The notes beneath the pieces are model-generated. The model did not search any database. It was not told the origin of the DNA and saw nothing but the letters and a program-made list of their open reading frames with translations. From assembly GCF_009914755.1 (NCBI RefSeq), contig NC_060925.1: 64,000 nt of DNA. One strand, written 5' to 3'. The stretch is from the human T2T-CHM13v2.0 reference genome, Homo sapiens. The position numbers were made by a program, and so were the translations under genes. Below, in pieces: positions 35,294-47,500 of the stretch (positions are counted from its first letter, which is position 1; every line of letters begins with the position of its first letter).

Positions 35294-38200
35294 AGGCACC
35301 ACCGCTGAATTACACCTTTCCTTCCAATTCTGTCCCAGCACCAGGACGCGGACCCAGGAGGGCAGGGGTTTTGCTGGACTGGCTGGTGGGTTCCAAGCAC
35401 AGGGCCTGGCACGCAGTGGGGTCCGGCGATGGACGCATGAATGAAGCCCCCTAGGTACCCCCTTCTTACCCTGGAACCCCCTGCCTGGGTCTCGTCCTCT
35501 CTCCCACTGTGTCCCCGAGGCCTGGGCAGTTGGGCGTCCCCAGGCGCCTCCTTGTTTATCAGACATGGCACCGAGATGGCATCAGCAGTGGGTGAGAAAC
35601 ACACGTGCAGAGCCCATCCCCAGACCCCACTCTGCCCCAGAGTTCACCAAGTTCCCTTCCTAGCTGGACCTTAAAACCCCCCGGGTCCTGGTGCCTGCTC
35701 TGGCCTCTCAAGGCCACCAGGGGGTGCCAGCGCCCCACCCTGAGCACGCGGCAAGAAGGGAGGTGGGGACCCCTTGATTGCAGGAGGCCCCTTCCAAGAG
35801 GGGTCCAGGGAGCAGGACCAGGAGCCTATCGGTGCCTGGCTTGAGAGGAGGACGCTTCGTGCGGGGCTGCCTGGCCTGGCCCTGGACGGTCCCCATGGTA
35901 GGACCTGGGGCACAGCACCAGGGTGCCCGGTGTCCAAGAACCTCCTGAATTGCCCAGTTAAACAGAGTGGCATGGGGCTGTCCAGGATTCCCTGTCCCAG
36001 GGGTTCAGGGGCCTGTGTGTGCCAAAGCCCACTGCAGTTTCCCAGGAGGGCAGGGGACCCCCAAGTGGAGGTGGCCACGTCACCAAGAACAGAAGTGCGT
36101 GTGGACATCCAGGTGCCTTCCAACTCTGCTCCAGCCACGCTCGGCATTCCGTCCAGGGCAGGCACTGTGGACCCTGACACCCAGCGGCACAGGGACTCTC
36201 ATGGGGTGCAGTGGGGATCCAGCTTCCTCCTCCCTGAGACCTCAGGGTCAGCTGCTATAGGACCCGCCGTGGACCACTGCCCTGCAGGTTCATAGAGCCC
36301 TGATCCCACCACGGTGGGTGACCTCCCCCAGCGCTCTCAGCAGAGAAGACATTGACCCCTGAGGCTGACCTGGGTAGCAGACCCCTGAGGCCAGCACCGG
36401 CTGGAGACTTTAGGAGGCTGTCAGCACCTCAGTCACCTCCTTCTCCTGCAGTCACTGTCCTGTTCTTGGCTAGCCTGGCCTCAGTGATGCTGCCCAGGCC
36501 CCCGGCTTGACCGGGCCAGAGGGCCGGGCCCTGCTCTGGAATGCCTGGGGCAGCCACATCAGAGAACAGATTCCAGAAGCACGCAGCCCCTCGCTTGCAG
36601 AGCCTCATTCATTACTCCATGGGAAGGGGGGCATGGGTATCGCCCCAGGAATCTTAAAAATGGGCAAAATCAGCAGAGGTCCTGGCATCTGCCTCCCTGA
36701 ACAGGGTTGGCACTGGGCAGCCAGCGCTAAGGCAGGGTGGGCACAGGACGCCGGCCAACCTGGGGCCCACTTTGGCAGCCAGGCCAAGAACCGAGCTGTT
36801 CACAGGCCGCTCTGGAAGACCTGGGTGTTCCCTTGCTGGAAGGAACCCCGCAGGGCCAGCAAGCCCCACCTGTCTCTGGGCAGCGTCACAGGCAGACCTC
36901 GAGGACCAGCCGCTCGGCCCATCAGAGGGACCCCGGGGCCCTTCCCCCAACGCACTTCACGCTATGAGCCCCCCGGCGCCCCATCAAACAGCTGGAAATG
37001 GCTGGGGCTGGAGAGGCCACAGAGTCCAGGTCAGCTGCCCAGGCACATGAGGGCACGCCCTAGAGGGGCTTTGCAGGGATCCCAGCAGACACCTGGGCTG
37101 GCTGGGTCCTCGGTGCTACAAAGCGATGGCCCCCAGAGCTCACCCAGACTCAGGAGGCAGCAGTGCCTCTCTCCTCCAGCCTCAGAAATAACTGGGTGCT
37201 AGACTGAGTGCATCCTGGGGAGCGTCCTATCTGACTCTCACCACGGCCCCTACGGCGGCCCTCACTACCACACCTGTTTTCCCAGGGCGGAAACTGAGGC
37301 ATAGTGAGGCCGTCCTGGCCAGGTGTAGCACCCAAACCCACCAGGGCCCCACACCCCAGCGGCAGGTGCACTTGGGGCCTGCTGCTGCCCTGTGGTGGCC
37401 AGAAGGGCCCCAGCCCTGGTCGCACGGTGCTGGCAGATGGGCAACGCCTCACCTACCCTGCCAGAGTGCTAGAGGCAAAGATGTGAGCAGGAGCCGGGCC
37501 ACACGGCGAAGACAGAGCCCTGGTCCCTCCCAGGGATGCACTGGACATGGGCAGGGCCTGGACACGCTTCCTCCCTTCCTACCCGCCAGGGCTCACCCAG
37601 CCCAGACCTGCCCCTGAGGCCACAGCTCCAGAAGGCCCAGGCCCTGCCTCCTCGCCTCTCCTGGGATCCTCCCCTCCCTACAAAGGCCCCAGTCTTGGGC
37701 ATAGCTCCCCAAAGCCGGGCTGTCAGTGGACTGGCACTGCCAGAGGTCAGGTGGGACCTGCAGACCCTGCGTGTTTATTGATTGCACGTGGGCTGCGTGT
37801 GGCGGGGATCCCTCCTGCACCCCCAGCATGGACATGCCCCCCCCAGGCTCTCCCAGGACAAGCCACCTGCCAGCCAGCACCGCGCAGCCCTGCAGGCTCT
37901 GACCACAGGTCCCGTTTGCCGGGGACACGGCCAGCCTGGCCTAGCTCCTTGGCCATCACACCGTGGGCCCTCGGTCCCTAGGAGCACCTGCGACCCAGAG
38001 CGTCACCCTGCAGGCCGGGGTTGTCCAGCCAGGGGCAGGGGGGCCTGGGACGCTGCAGCGACCTTGAAGGAGACGGCCCTCCACCGACCTGTCCTCCGGG
38101 ACCTGGTGCAGGCAGGACAGGCCTGTGTTTCTATGACAGGTTCATGGTAGGACCTCGGCATAGGAAACCCCTCCCCTCTTTCCTCACTTAGGTGGCTGAG

Positions 38201-40496
38201 ACCTGCCAGGAGCCCAGAAACCAGCCTCGGGCTCCCCCAGGCTGCTGCCCGCCACCCTGGACCCTTCTTCCCAAGGGTCTCACAGGCACTGCCGTGCTGT
38301 GGGACAGGCCCAGCCACGGGGCCCAGCTGCTGAGGAGGCAGAACCCGTCCCATAAACGCCAGAGAGGCCTGGCGTGCAGGATCGCCTGCAGGAATTCCCC
38401 AGGAATTTGCACCCGGAGTCTCCACAGCTCAGCCACAGGCTGCAATTTGACTCGTCAACATGTCTACTGCAGCCAGGGCCTCTGGGGTGCAGAGGCTCCC
38501 AGAGATTCCTGGAGTGATGAGGGGGTGAAGTGTGCAGGACCTGCCATGAATGTGTCATAGACACACTGGGCCTTAGCCCTCAGTGCACCCAGTGTGTGCT
38601 TGGGTAAAAACCAAGGCCCCTGAGGGCTCTGGCCTCCAGGAACACGGCAGGGGAATGGGGGCTTCGGTAGTGGTCCTAGGTCCCACATGGGGGCTTCAGT
38701 AGTGGTCCTAGGCCCCTCATGGGGCCCACGGAGGCCACCCCTTTGGCTAGAGCAGGACAGGGAGGCTCAAGCAGCAGCTCAGCCCAGCAGGCTCCTTAGG
38801 AGTCCCAGCACGCACCCACTTTCTTCAGGATGGGGGCCCATCACCTGCACCCCAAGCAGCTCTCCCCAGCACTCAGGCTAAGAGCCCCCCAAATGCAAGG
38901 ACACCCACAAACCATCCCCTGCCTGGCCCCTTCGAGCCACCTCTGTTGCCCCCATGCCCTGCCCTGGATGCCAGCCAGTGCCCTATGACCTTGCCGGCCA
39001 GCCCTTTAGCCCCTCCTGACGGTGGGTTTCTCTACATCAGCAGGATGGGCCGTGAGCACCGCAGGGGACACCTGTGTCCTCTGCACCTTACAGAAGCCCT
39101 GTGGGTGAGGTTTGCCCCTCTGCTCCCTCCACCAGCCAAACACAGCCTGAACCCACAAGGGCCTGCAGAGCGTGTTCACAGGGTGCAGGTCTGCACCCCA
39201 GCTCCATGCAGCTTGGCCTAGCCTCTCTACCCAGAAAAGAACATGCCAAACCCTCAGTGTGGCCCATGAGAGCTGTCAGGCTGGGCACTGCAGCTTCCAG
39301 GCGAGTGGGCAGAGCCTGGCTTCACTCAGCTGGCAGCTGCCCGGTACGGGTCTGCCAGAGGCCAGGGCACAACCCATAGCCCCAGACACTCCCAGAGGGA
39401 GCTCCTGCAGCCGACTCCATCCGCCATAGCCACCTCCAGCCCACACCCTAGAGACCCCCGCCACCAGCCGCCTGTTCAGGGGGGGAGACCGAGGCTCCTT
39501 CAAAGATGCAGGACCCAAAGAAGCAGGGACAGCCTCTGGGACCCATCACAGGGCACCCAGGCCACACCAATGCCCAGACACCACCCCGCCGCCCCTCAGC
39601 CGGGGCTCCCAAAGGCCCTCAGCCTTGCCCTGGGCAGGCGGTCAAGGGCCAAAGGCCAATACCAAGTCCATCACTGACTCCAAGCAACTCAAGAACTGCC
39701 AGGGGCTCAGTATCCCCATCTGTGAAGTGGAACAGGCACAGCCCCACACCCGGATGCCATGGTCAGCCCCAGTGCTGCCCTGAAGTCCAGGGAATCTGGA
39801 TGGGACAGGATGGCCGAGGCAAGGATCAGGGGACTCAAAGGATCCTGGAGGCTGAAGGTCTCTGACACACCCAGCTAGTGGGAAGAGCTGTCCAAGGAGA
39901 CCATCCAGGAGACTGGGAGGCCACGGGGTCTCCGGCCTGGGGCAGGCACAGGGAGCCAAGAGGCCTGGTCGTCCTCTGAACAGTGTTGAAGTGGCCTGCC
40001 ACCGGGCTCAGTGGCTGCCTGGACAGCCGTCCATGCTATGGGCAGGAAGACTTGAGATGCCCACTCACCAGGCAGCACGGGGGCAGTTGGGGGAGCCTAC
40101 AGAAGCCCCCCACCCCACAATGCCTGGGAGGGTCCGCCTCTTAATGTCTCCTGCTGTAATTATGTCATTAAAAGACTACCCTGTCTGTGAAGCCAGCATG
40201 GGAGAGGCCACACAACCCCACTGTGCACAGAGCCAAGGCCAGGGAGGATAGCATTATCCCAGGAGAAAGACAGAGGCCCTTTTGTGGGTGGCAGGGAAGG
40301 GGGAGAACAAACCTGGTAATTAAACAATTCACTGCACAAACAGGAATCCCCTTCCCAGAGTCAGCCCTTTGAAAGACAGGCTGGATTCTGCAGGCGGTCT
40401 CAGTCTCCCCAGCTGTCCTGTCGAGGAGGTGGCCCAGCCTGAGCATAGCAAGATGGTCGTGGAGGGGCCACACCTGTCCCAGCCGACTGTCACGCA

Positions 40497-40648
40497 GGGA
40501 CTGAGGCCAGAGAAGCCAAAGTCAGGCACCTGCCCCACCCACTCAACCCACTTCAGGCAGAAGGGGCCGCCTGGGACTGAGGCCAGTGAAGCCAAAGTCA
40601 AGCACCTGCCCTGCCCGCTCAACCCACTGCAGGCAGAAGGGGCCGCCC
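40497..40648. repeat. 76-bp tandem duplication
   Basis: GGGACTGAGGCCAG(A/T)GAAGCCAAAGTCA...CAGGCAGAAGGGGCCGCC at 40497 and 40573. Confidence 0.9.
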
Positions 40649-41710
40649 GGCAGGCACTGGCTCCCACGGGGAAGCGGGACTCGGGGGATTTCCAGGGACT
40701 CAGTGCAGTTAAAGAGGATGTGCGTGGAAAAGCCAAAGGCCACAGGGAAAGGATAGCCAGGCAGGCTGCTGGGCATGGGGTTTTCTGATTACCCAGAAAC
40801 CAGGCAGAGCTCCTCAAAGCCTGGGACCTGAGGGCAGCCAGACAGGGTGAGAGTCAAGGAGGCATCTTCCGGCCCAGGTGCCAGGTGCTCTGTCCACCCG
40901 CCGGGGCACACCCGCTGCTCCAGCCCTGCTCAGCAGACAACCACTGCACCACCAACCTTGCCTCCAAGAAAGACCACATGGGCCTGGGAATGTGAGGATA
41001 GGAGGCTGCCCCTGCCCTGCCCCTGTGCCAGGCCCTCACTGCCTGCAAGGCATGAAGCCCACAACTGGCCTAGCAGGAAATCATCCTGCCCCCTCCACCG
41101 CCCAGCCTGGTACCAGGCACAGAGCCTGCTCAGGAGGCTAGTCATCCTCCCCATTCACACGGCAGAGGCTCAGCCCTCCCTCCAGCCATCCCCCGGGGCC
41201 ACCCAGTCTCTCCCCTCCACCAATCCCCAGGGACAGGGCCCCAGGGAGGCTGTGGCACACGGGGACACACACACCACAGCCCTATCTCCCCCTCTGAGCC
41301 AGCTCAGCACCAGCTTGTCTTCATGGCTGACACCTCCATGTTCCTCGGGGGCCTCCAGGGACCCCATTAACTGTGAGCACAGACAGCCAACAGCCTGGGG
41401 AGCAGGACACAGAGAGAGGGTCTGGGGGACCAGGGGTGGCCCTGGGCCATCCCACAAGGAGGGGACAGCCATGGCCAGTGGCTGGGTTTTCTGATGGTCC
41501 AGAAACCAGAGAGTGCTCCTCCAAGCCTGGAACCCAGAACAGCCAGGAAGGGCAGGAGTCAATGAGGCATCTCCCAGCCCAGGTGTCAGGTGTCCGGTGC
41601 TTGTAGGACACGACCCCACCATGGAGGCCAGAAGCCTGTTCTTGCTCTCAGAGGACTCCCACCCCCGAGCACAGAGAGCAGGAAAACACCGAGACCAAGG
41701 CCAGCCTGCC

Positions 41711-41878
41711 CCAAAGGCCAGAGAGCAAGGTTCCTGAGTAAGGACATCCCCCCCAGACACGCTGGGTCCTCCCCAAGGGTGCTGGGTCCTCCCGGCTCCA
41801 AAGGCCAGAGAGCAAGGTTCCTGGGTGAGGGTGTCCCCCCAGACACACTGAGTCCTCCCCAAGGGTGCTGGGTCTTCC
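41711..41878. repeat. About 87-bp tandem duplication at the edge of the large VNTR
   Basis: CCAAAGGCCAGAGAGCAAGGTTCCTG...CCCCCCAGACAC.CTG.GTCCTCCCCAAGGGTGCTGGGTC x2. Confidence 0.85.
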
Positions 41879-43636
41879 CCCCAAGTGTGCTGGGTCCTTC
41901 CTGCATATGCTGGGTCATTTCCTGGTATGCTGGCCCTGCTGGGTGTGCTGGGTCCTTCCTGGGTGTGCTAGGTCCTTCCTGCATATGCTGGTTCCTTCCT
42001 GGCGTGCTGGGTTCTCCTGGGTGTGCTGGGTCCTTGCGGGTGCACTGGGTCTTCCCTGGTGTGCTGGGTCCCCGTGGGTGTGCTGAGTCCTTTCCAGGTG
42101 TGCTGGGTCCTCCTGGGTGTGCTAGGTCCTCCTGGGTGTGCTGGGTCCTCCTGGGTGTCCTGGGTCCTGCCAGGTGTGCTGGGTCCCCGTGGGTGTGCTG
42201 AGTCCTTTCCAGGTGTGCTGGGTCCTCCTGGGTGTGCTAGGTCCTCCTGGGTGTGCTGGGTCCTCCTGGGTGTCCTGGGTCCTGCCAGGTGTGCTGGGTC
42301 CTCCTGGGTGTGCTGGGTCCTTCAGGGTGTACTGGGTCCTCCTGGGTGTGCTGGGTCCTCCTGGGTGTGCTGGGTCCTTCCTGGGTGTGCTGGGTTCTCC
42401 TGGGTGTGCTGGGTCCTTCCTGAGTGTGCTAGGTCCTTCCCGGGTGTGCTGAGTCTTTCCTGGGTGTGCTGGGTCCTTCCTGGTATGCTGGGTCCTCCCG
42501 GGTGTGCTGGGTCCTTCCTGAGTGTGTTAGGTTCTCCCAGCTATGCTGGGTTCTCTCAGGTGTGCTGGGTCCTCCTGGGTGTGCTGGGTCCTCCTGGGTG
42601 TGCTGGGTCCTTCCTGAGTGTGCTAGGTCCTTCCCGAGTGTGCTGGGTTCTCTCAGGTGTGCTGGGTCCTCCTGGGTGTGCTGGGTCCTCCTGGGTGTGC
42701 TGGGTCCTTCCTGGGTGTGCTGGGTCCTCCTGGGTGTGCTGGGTTCTCTCAGGTGTGCTGGGTCCTCCTGGGTGTGCTGGGTTCTCTCAGGTGTGCTGGG
42801 TCCTCCTGGGTGTGCTGGGTCCTTCCTGGGTGTGCTGGGTCCTTCCTGGGTGTGCTGGGTCCTCCTGGGTGTGCTGAGTCCTTCCTGAGTGTGTTAGGTT
42901 CTCCCAGGTATGCTGGGTTCTCTCAGGTATGCTGGGTCCTTCCTGTGTGTGATGGGTTCTCCTGAGTATGCTGGGTCCTCCTGGGTGTGCTGGGTCCTTC
43001 CTGGGTGTGCTGGGTCCTTCCTGGTGTACTGGGTCCTCCCAGGTGTGCTGGGTCCTTCCTGAGTGTGTTAGGTTCTCCCAGGTATGCTGGGTTCTCTCAG
43101 GTGTGCTGGGTCCTTCCTGTGTGTGCTGGGTTCTCCTGCGTATGCTGGGTCCTTCCTGGGTGTGCTGGGTCCTCCCTGTGTGTGCTGGGTTCTCCTGGGT
43201 GTGCTGGGTCCTTCCTGGGTGTGCTGGGTTCTCCTGGGTGTGCTGGGTCCTTCCTGGGTGTGCTGGGTTCTCCTGGGTGTGCTGGGTCCTTCCTGGGTGT
43301 GCTGGGTTCTTCTGGGTGTACTGAGTCCTTCCTGGGTGTGCTGGGTTCTCCTGGGTGTGCTGGGTCTTTCCTGGGTGTGCTGGGTTCTCCTGGGTATGCT
43401 GAGTTCTCTTGGGTGTGCTGGGTCCTCCCTGGTGGGCTGGGTTCCCTCAGGTGTGCTGGGTCCTTCCTGGTATGCTGGGTCCTCCTGTGTGTGCTGGGTC
43501 CTCCCTGGTGGGCTGTGTTCCCTCAGGTGTGCTGGGTCCTCCCTGGTATGCTGGGTCCTCCTGCGTGTGCTGCGTCCTTCCTGTGTGTGCTGGGTTCCCC
43601 CAGGTTTGCTGGGTCCTCCCGGGTGTGCTGGGTCCC
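41862..43636. repeat. About 1.8-kb minisatellite, 20-21-bp unit
   Basis: Unit CTGGGTGTGCTGGGTCCT(T)C with variants. Confidence 0.96.
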
Positions 43637-44967
43637 CCCGCCAGGTAACCCCTAGTCCTCCTGGGGCATGCTAGGATCATTTCTCACACCAGACACAAAA
43701 AGCCTCCCCCAGGGTGGCCTCCTGGCTGAGCCAGCTCCAGGCCCAGATGGAAACCTTCTGCTTGGCTGCACCCAAAGGTAAGCACGGGAAACAGTGCGGG
43801 GAGCCTGGAACTACAGCCCAGGACCAGGGTCAGGTTAACCCGAGGCCACGTCCACAGGACAAAGCTGAGATGCCTCCCCAGGAATCAGCCCAGGCTGGGG
43901 CTGCTGCAGGCTGCAGGCCTCTGGACAAGGTCCCATGGCAGGGAGCAGGACCAGAGACAGCCCCAGCTCCAGCTCCAGCCAGGGAGTGCACAACATGGAG
44001 AGAGGCTGTGAAAAGAACATCCCTGCCCCAGAGCCCGCCCTTCCAGGAGCCCCGTCCTCCCCTCCCACCACTCCCTGGGGCACAGAGTCTGAGTCTGGCA
44101 GCGGCAGCTCCCAGGCCTGGCCGTGGCTGGTCGCCAAGAGCAGCCCTGGGTGGCGTCTGGAGCTCGGGCGAGGGGTCAGACTCCCACCCTCAGACACAGT
44201 GGGCAGCATTGAAAGGCAGTGGGGAGGGCCGCTTCCTCTCCATTAATCAATGGTCCCAGTTTAGAAACAGTCGCCCTGAGCCAACGCCAAGGGCTAAACG
44301 GGCTCAGGACACCACCCAGTCCTAGCCACCCAACCTTCTCCAAGGCTCTGCTTCCTGGCATAGCCTCAGGGCCCCAACAGCTGCCAGAGCCACCTCCAGC
44401 CCACACCCGAGAGGCCCACACCCGAGAGACCCCCACTGAGGGCCTCCTGCTTGAGGCAGGGAAACCGAGGTTTCCTTCAAAGGTGCAGGACTCAGAGTGG
44501 GCCTGGGTGCTGAGGCTCCAGGCAGGACCACTGATGTCTCCCCCGGCTTGGCAGGCACACAGCAGGTACCCAGGAGCACCTGCCAGCTGGCCCCCAGCAA
44601 CGCCTGGCTCCATCTCACCGAGAGAGGCCGAGGACCTTCTAGAAGCTTGGCTGACCCTTCCTTCATTCCCGACCCCGTACCTCAGGGCCAAAATGACTTT
44701 CTCCTCTGCTCTGCTCCTCTGCTCCTGTCTCTGTCCTGTCTGGAAACTTGTCCGGAACAAATTGCACCTCCCAAACCTTCCCCAGCCCACAGGCCCACCT
44801 CCTCCAGGAAGCCCTTGGGGCAGCCAAGCCTCTGATGGGCATCACTGGAACCCTGACCACTCACCTGGACCCAGGAGTGAGGGTGGCAACACTCTAGTGT
44901 GGTGGTGCTGGAGACCCGTCTGATCTGCCCCTTTGACTGGTGCCAGGGGTGGGGGGGTGGGAACTGA

Positions 44968-45417
<450 letters not shown>

Positions 45418-45860
45418 TAGAGACTTTTGTGACTTCGTGTACTACAAAAGACAAATCTATTAGGAGGTCATTTGTTCTCAGTAACTTTTTCTTGCTGGTC
45501 TTTTCATTACCAATTCTGAGCCAAGCCCAGGTCACCAGTGGGTGTTGGGGAAGGGGTGGGGGCATCCATCCACGCTTGCCAGAGCAGCGCACACAGGTGG
45601 GACCCGGGTGCAAAGGCAGGAAGAGGCCAGGTTTTCAGCTGTGAAAACTGTTCCTGGTTGGTCTGATGAAACTGATACTCTGATGGGACCCCAAAGTCCT
45701 CCCAGGGACAGGGGAGGGGGTCTTTAGAGTCCCCCTCGCTCCTTTGCAGACCCACAGGGCAAGGAAACTGGCAGTCCTGGGGGATCTTCCAAACCCTGGA
45801 CCACTCTGGGAGACTCCACATGGCAGCTGGGTGCTCTTGTGTAATTACCCCAAGAGCCAG

Positions 45861-46226
45861 GGTATTAGTCCGTTTTCCAACTGCTGACATACCCTAGACT
45901 GGGCAATTTACAAAAGAAAGAGGTTTAATGGACTTACAGTTCCACGTGGCTGGGGAGGCCTCACAATCATGGCAGAAGGCAAGGAGGAGCAAGTCACGTC
46001 TTATGTCTTACATGGATGGCAGCAGGCAAAGAGAGAGAGCTTGTGCGGGGAAACTCCCCCTTATAAACCATCAGATCTCATGAGACTTATTCACTATCAC
46101 GAGAACAGCACGGGAAAGACCTGCCCCCATGACTCAACCACCTTCCACTGGGTCCCTCCCATGACACGTGGGAATTATGGGACATACAAGATGAGATTTC
46201 GGTAGGGACACAGCCAAACCATATCA
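45861..46226 (-). mobile_element. THE1 (THE1B-like) MaLR solo LTR
   Basis: Ends ...GGACACAGCCAAACCATATCA (reverse complement of the THE1 start) and contains GGCCTCACAATCATGGCAGAAGGC. Flanks GCCAG / GCTGG. Confidence 0.92.
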
Positions 46227-47015
46227 GCTGGGGACAAAGTCTGCACCTGAGCCATCACAATGGTTGTCCCTGCCATGACCCCCACTTCCCGACCCTTCTG
46301 CCAGGCCCACTCCGGGCCTCACCTACGTGGACTCACGCAACCTGCACAAAACATCGCCAAATCTCCTCCCTGCTGAACAGAAGGGGGACTGGGGTCCAAG
46401 AGGTGGAGTAGGTTACCCCGGTCACACAGGCACAGGCCTGGGGAACACCAAAGCCAGCCCTGGACAAAATGAGCGGCTGGCCCTGACTGTGACTGCGCCG
46501 AGGCCTGCACTGGGCCGGGGAAGCCTTCACTGCAGGGCCTGCCCAGCGCCGGGCCCTCCACCCTCCGGGCAGACAGGCCCGCTTTGTGCTCCCACGGCTC
46601 CCGCTGCTTCTGCGGAAGGGCTCCCAGGGCCTCAGGGAAACACTGCTGCAAAGTCCCCGCCCGCTGCAGACCCGAGACTTGCCATCTGGGCCAAGGAGGG
46701 AGAGCTGGGGCTGTGGGCAGCAGGGAGGGCTCCTTCCCCCCACTGCCCTCCATAGCTGCCCAGAGAGTTCCTGTCTCCCTCCCCAACTCCTTTGTTCAAA
46801 TGAAATAATTTGGGGGAACCAGAAAATATGGCTTTTATTTTCAAAACTGGAATCAATTATAATTGGGGGGTTAGTGAAATATTCCCAACTGCGTTTGAGC
46901 TCAGGTCTGCAGTCCCCAGACCCAGAGTGGAGGAGGGACAGGAAGGTGATGGTGAGAGGTCTAGGTGGGAGCACTATGGGCAGGGGCTACACCTGCAGGC
47001 AGCACCCCCTCAGCC

Positions 47016-47500
47016 CTGGTCCTGCACACCTGGCCCTGCAAACCCGGCCTGCACACTCAGCCCTGCACACTCTGTCCTGTACACTCAGTCCTGCACCCTC
47101 AGCCCTGCACACTCCACCCTGCATGCCCAGCCCTGCACATTCCACCCCTGCACACCTGGCCCTGCACACTCCACCCCTGCAGGCCTGGCCCTGCACATCC
47201 AGCTCTACACACTCCATCCTGCATGCCCAGCCCTGCACACTCCACCCCCGCACACCTGGCCCTGCACACTCCACCCCTGCACACCTGGCCCTGCACACTC
47301 CACCCCTGCACACCTGGCCCTGCACATCCAGCTCTGCACACTCCATCCTGCATGCCCAGCCCTGCACACTCCACCCCTGCACACCTGGCCCTGCACACTC
47401 CACCCCTGCACACCTGGCCCTGCACACCCAGCTCTACACACTCCATCCTGAATGTCCAGCCCTGCATAATTGAGCCCCGCACCCTCGGCTCTGCACACCC
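47016..47500. repeat. Minisatellite built from about 14-16-bp CCCTGCACAC subunits (about 30-bp higher-order unit)
   Basis: CCTGCACACTCCACCCCTGCACACCTGGCC recurring. Confidence 0.93.

Noticed and set aside
41590-43674. Hydrophobic or elastin-like repeat ORFs (VLGPPGCAG, WVCWVL)
   Set aside because: Translations of the 20/21-bp VNTR with frequent frame changes.
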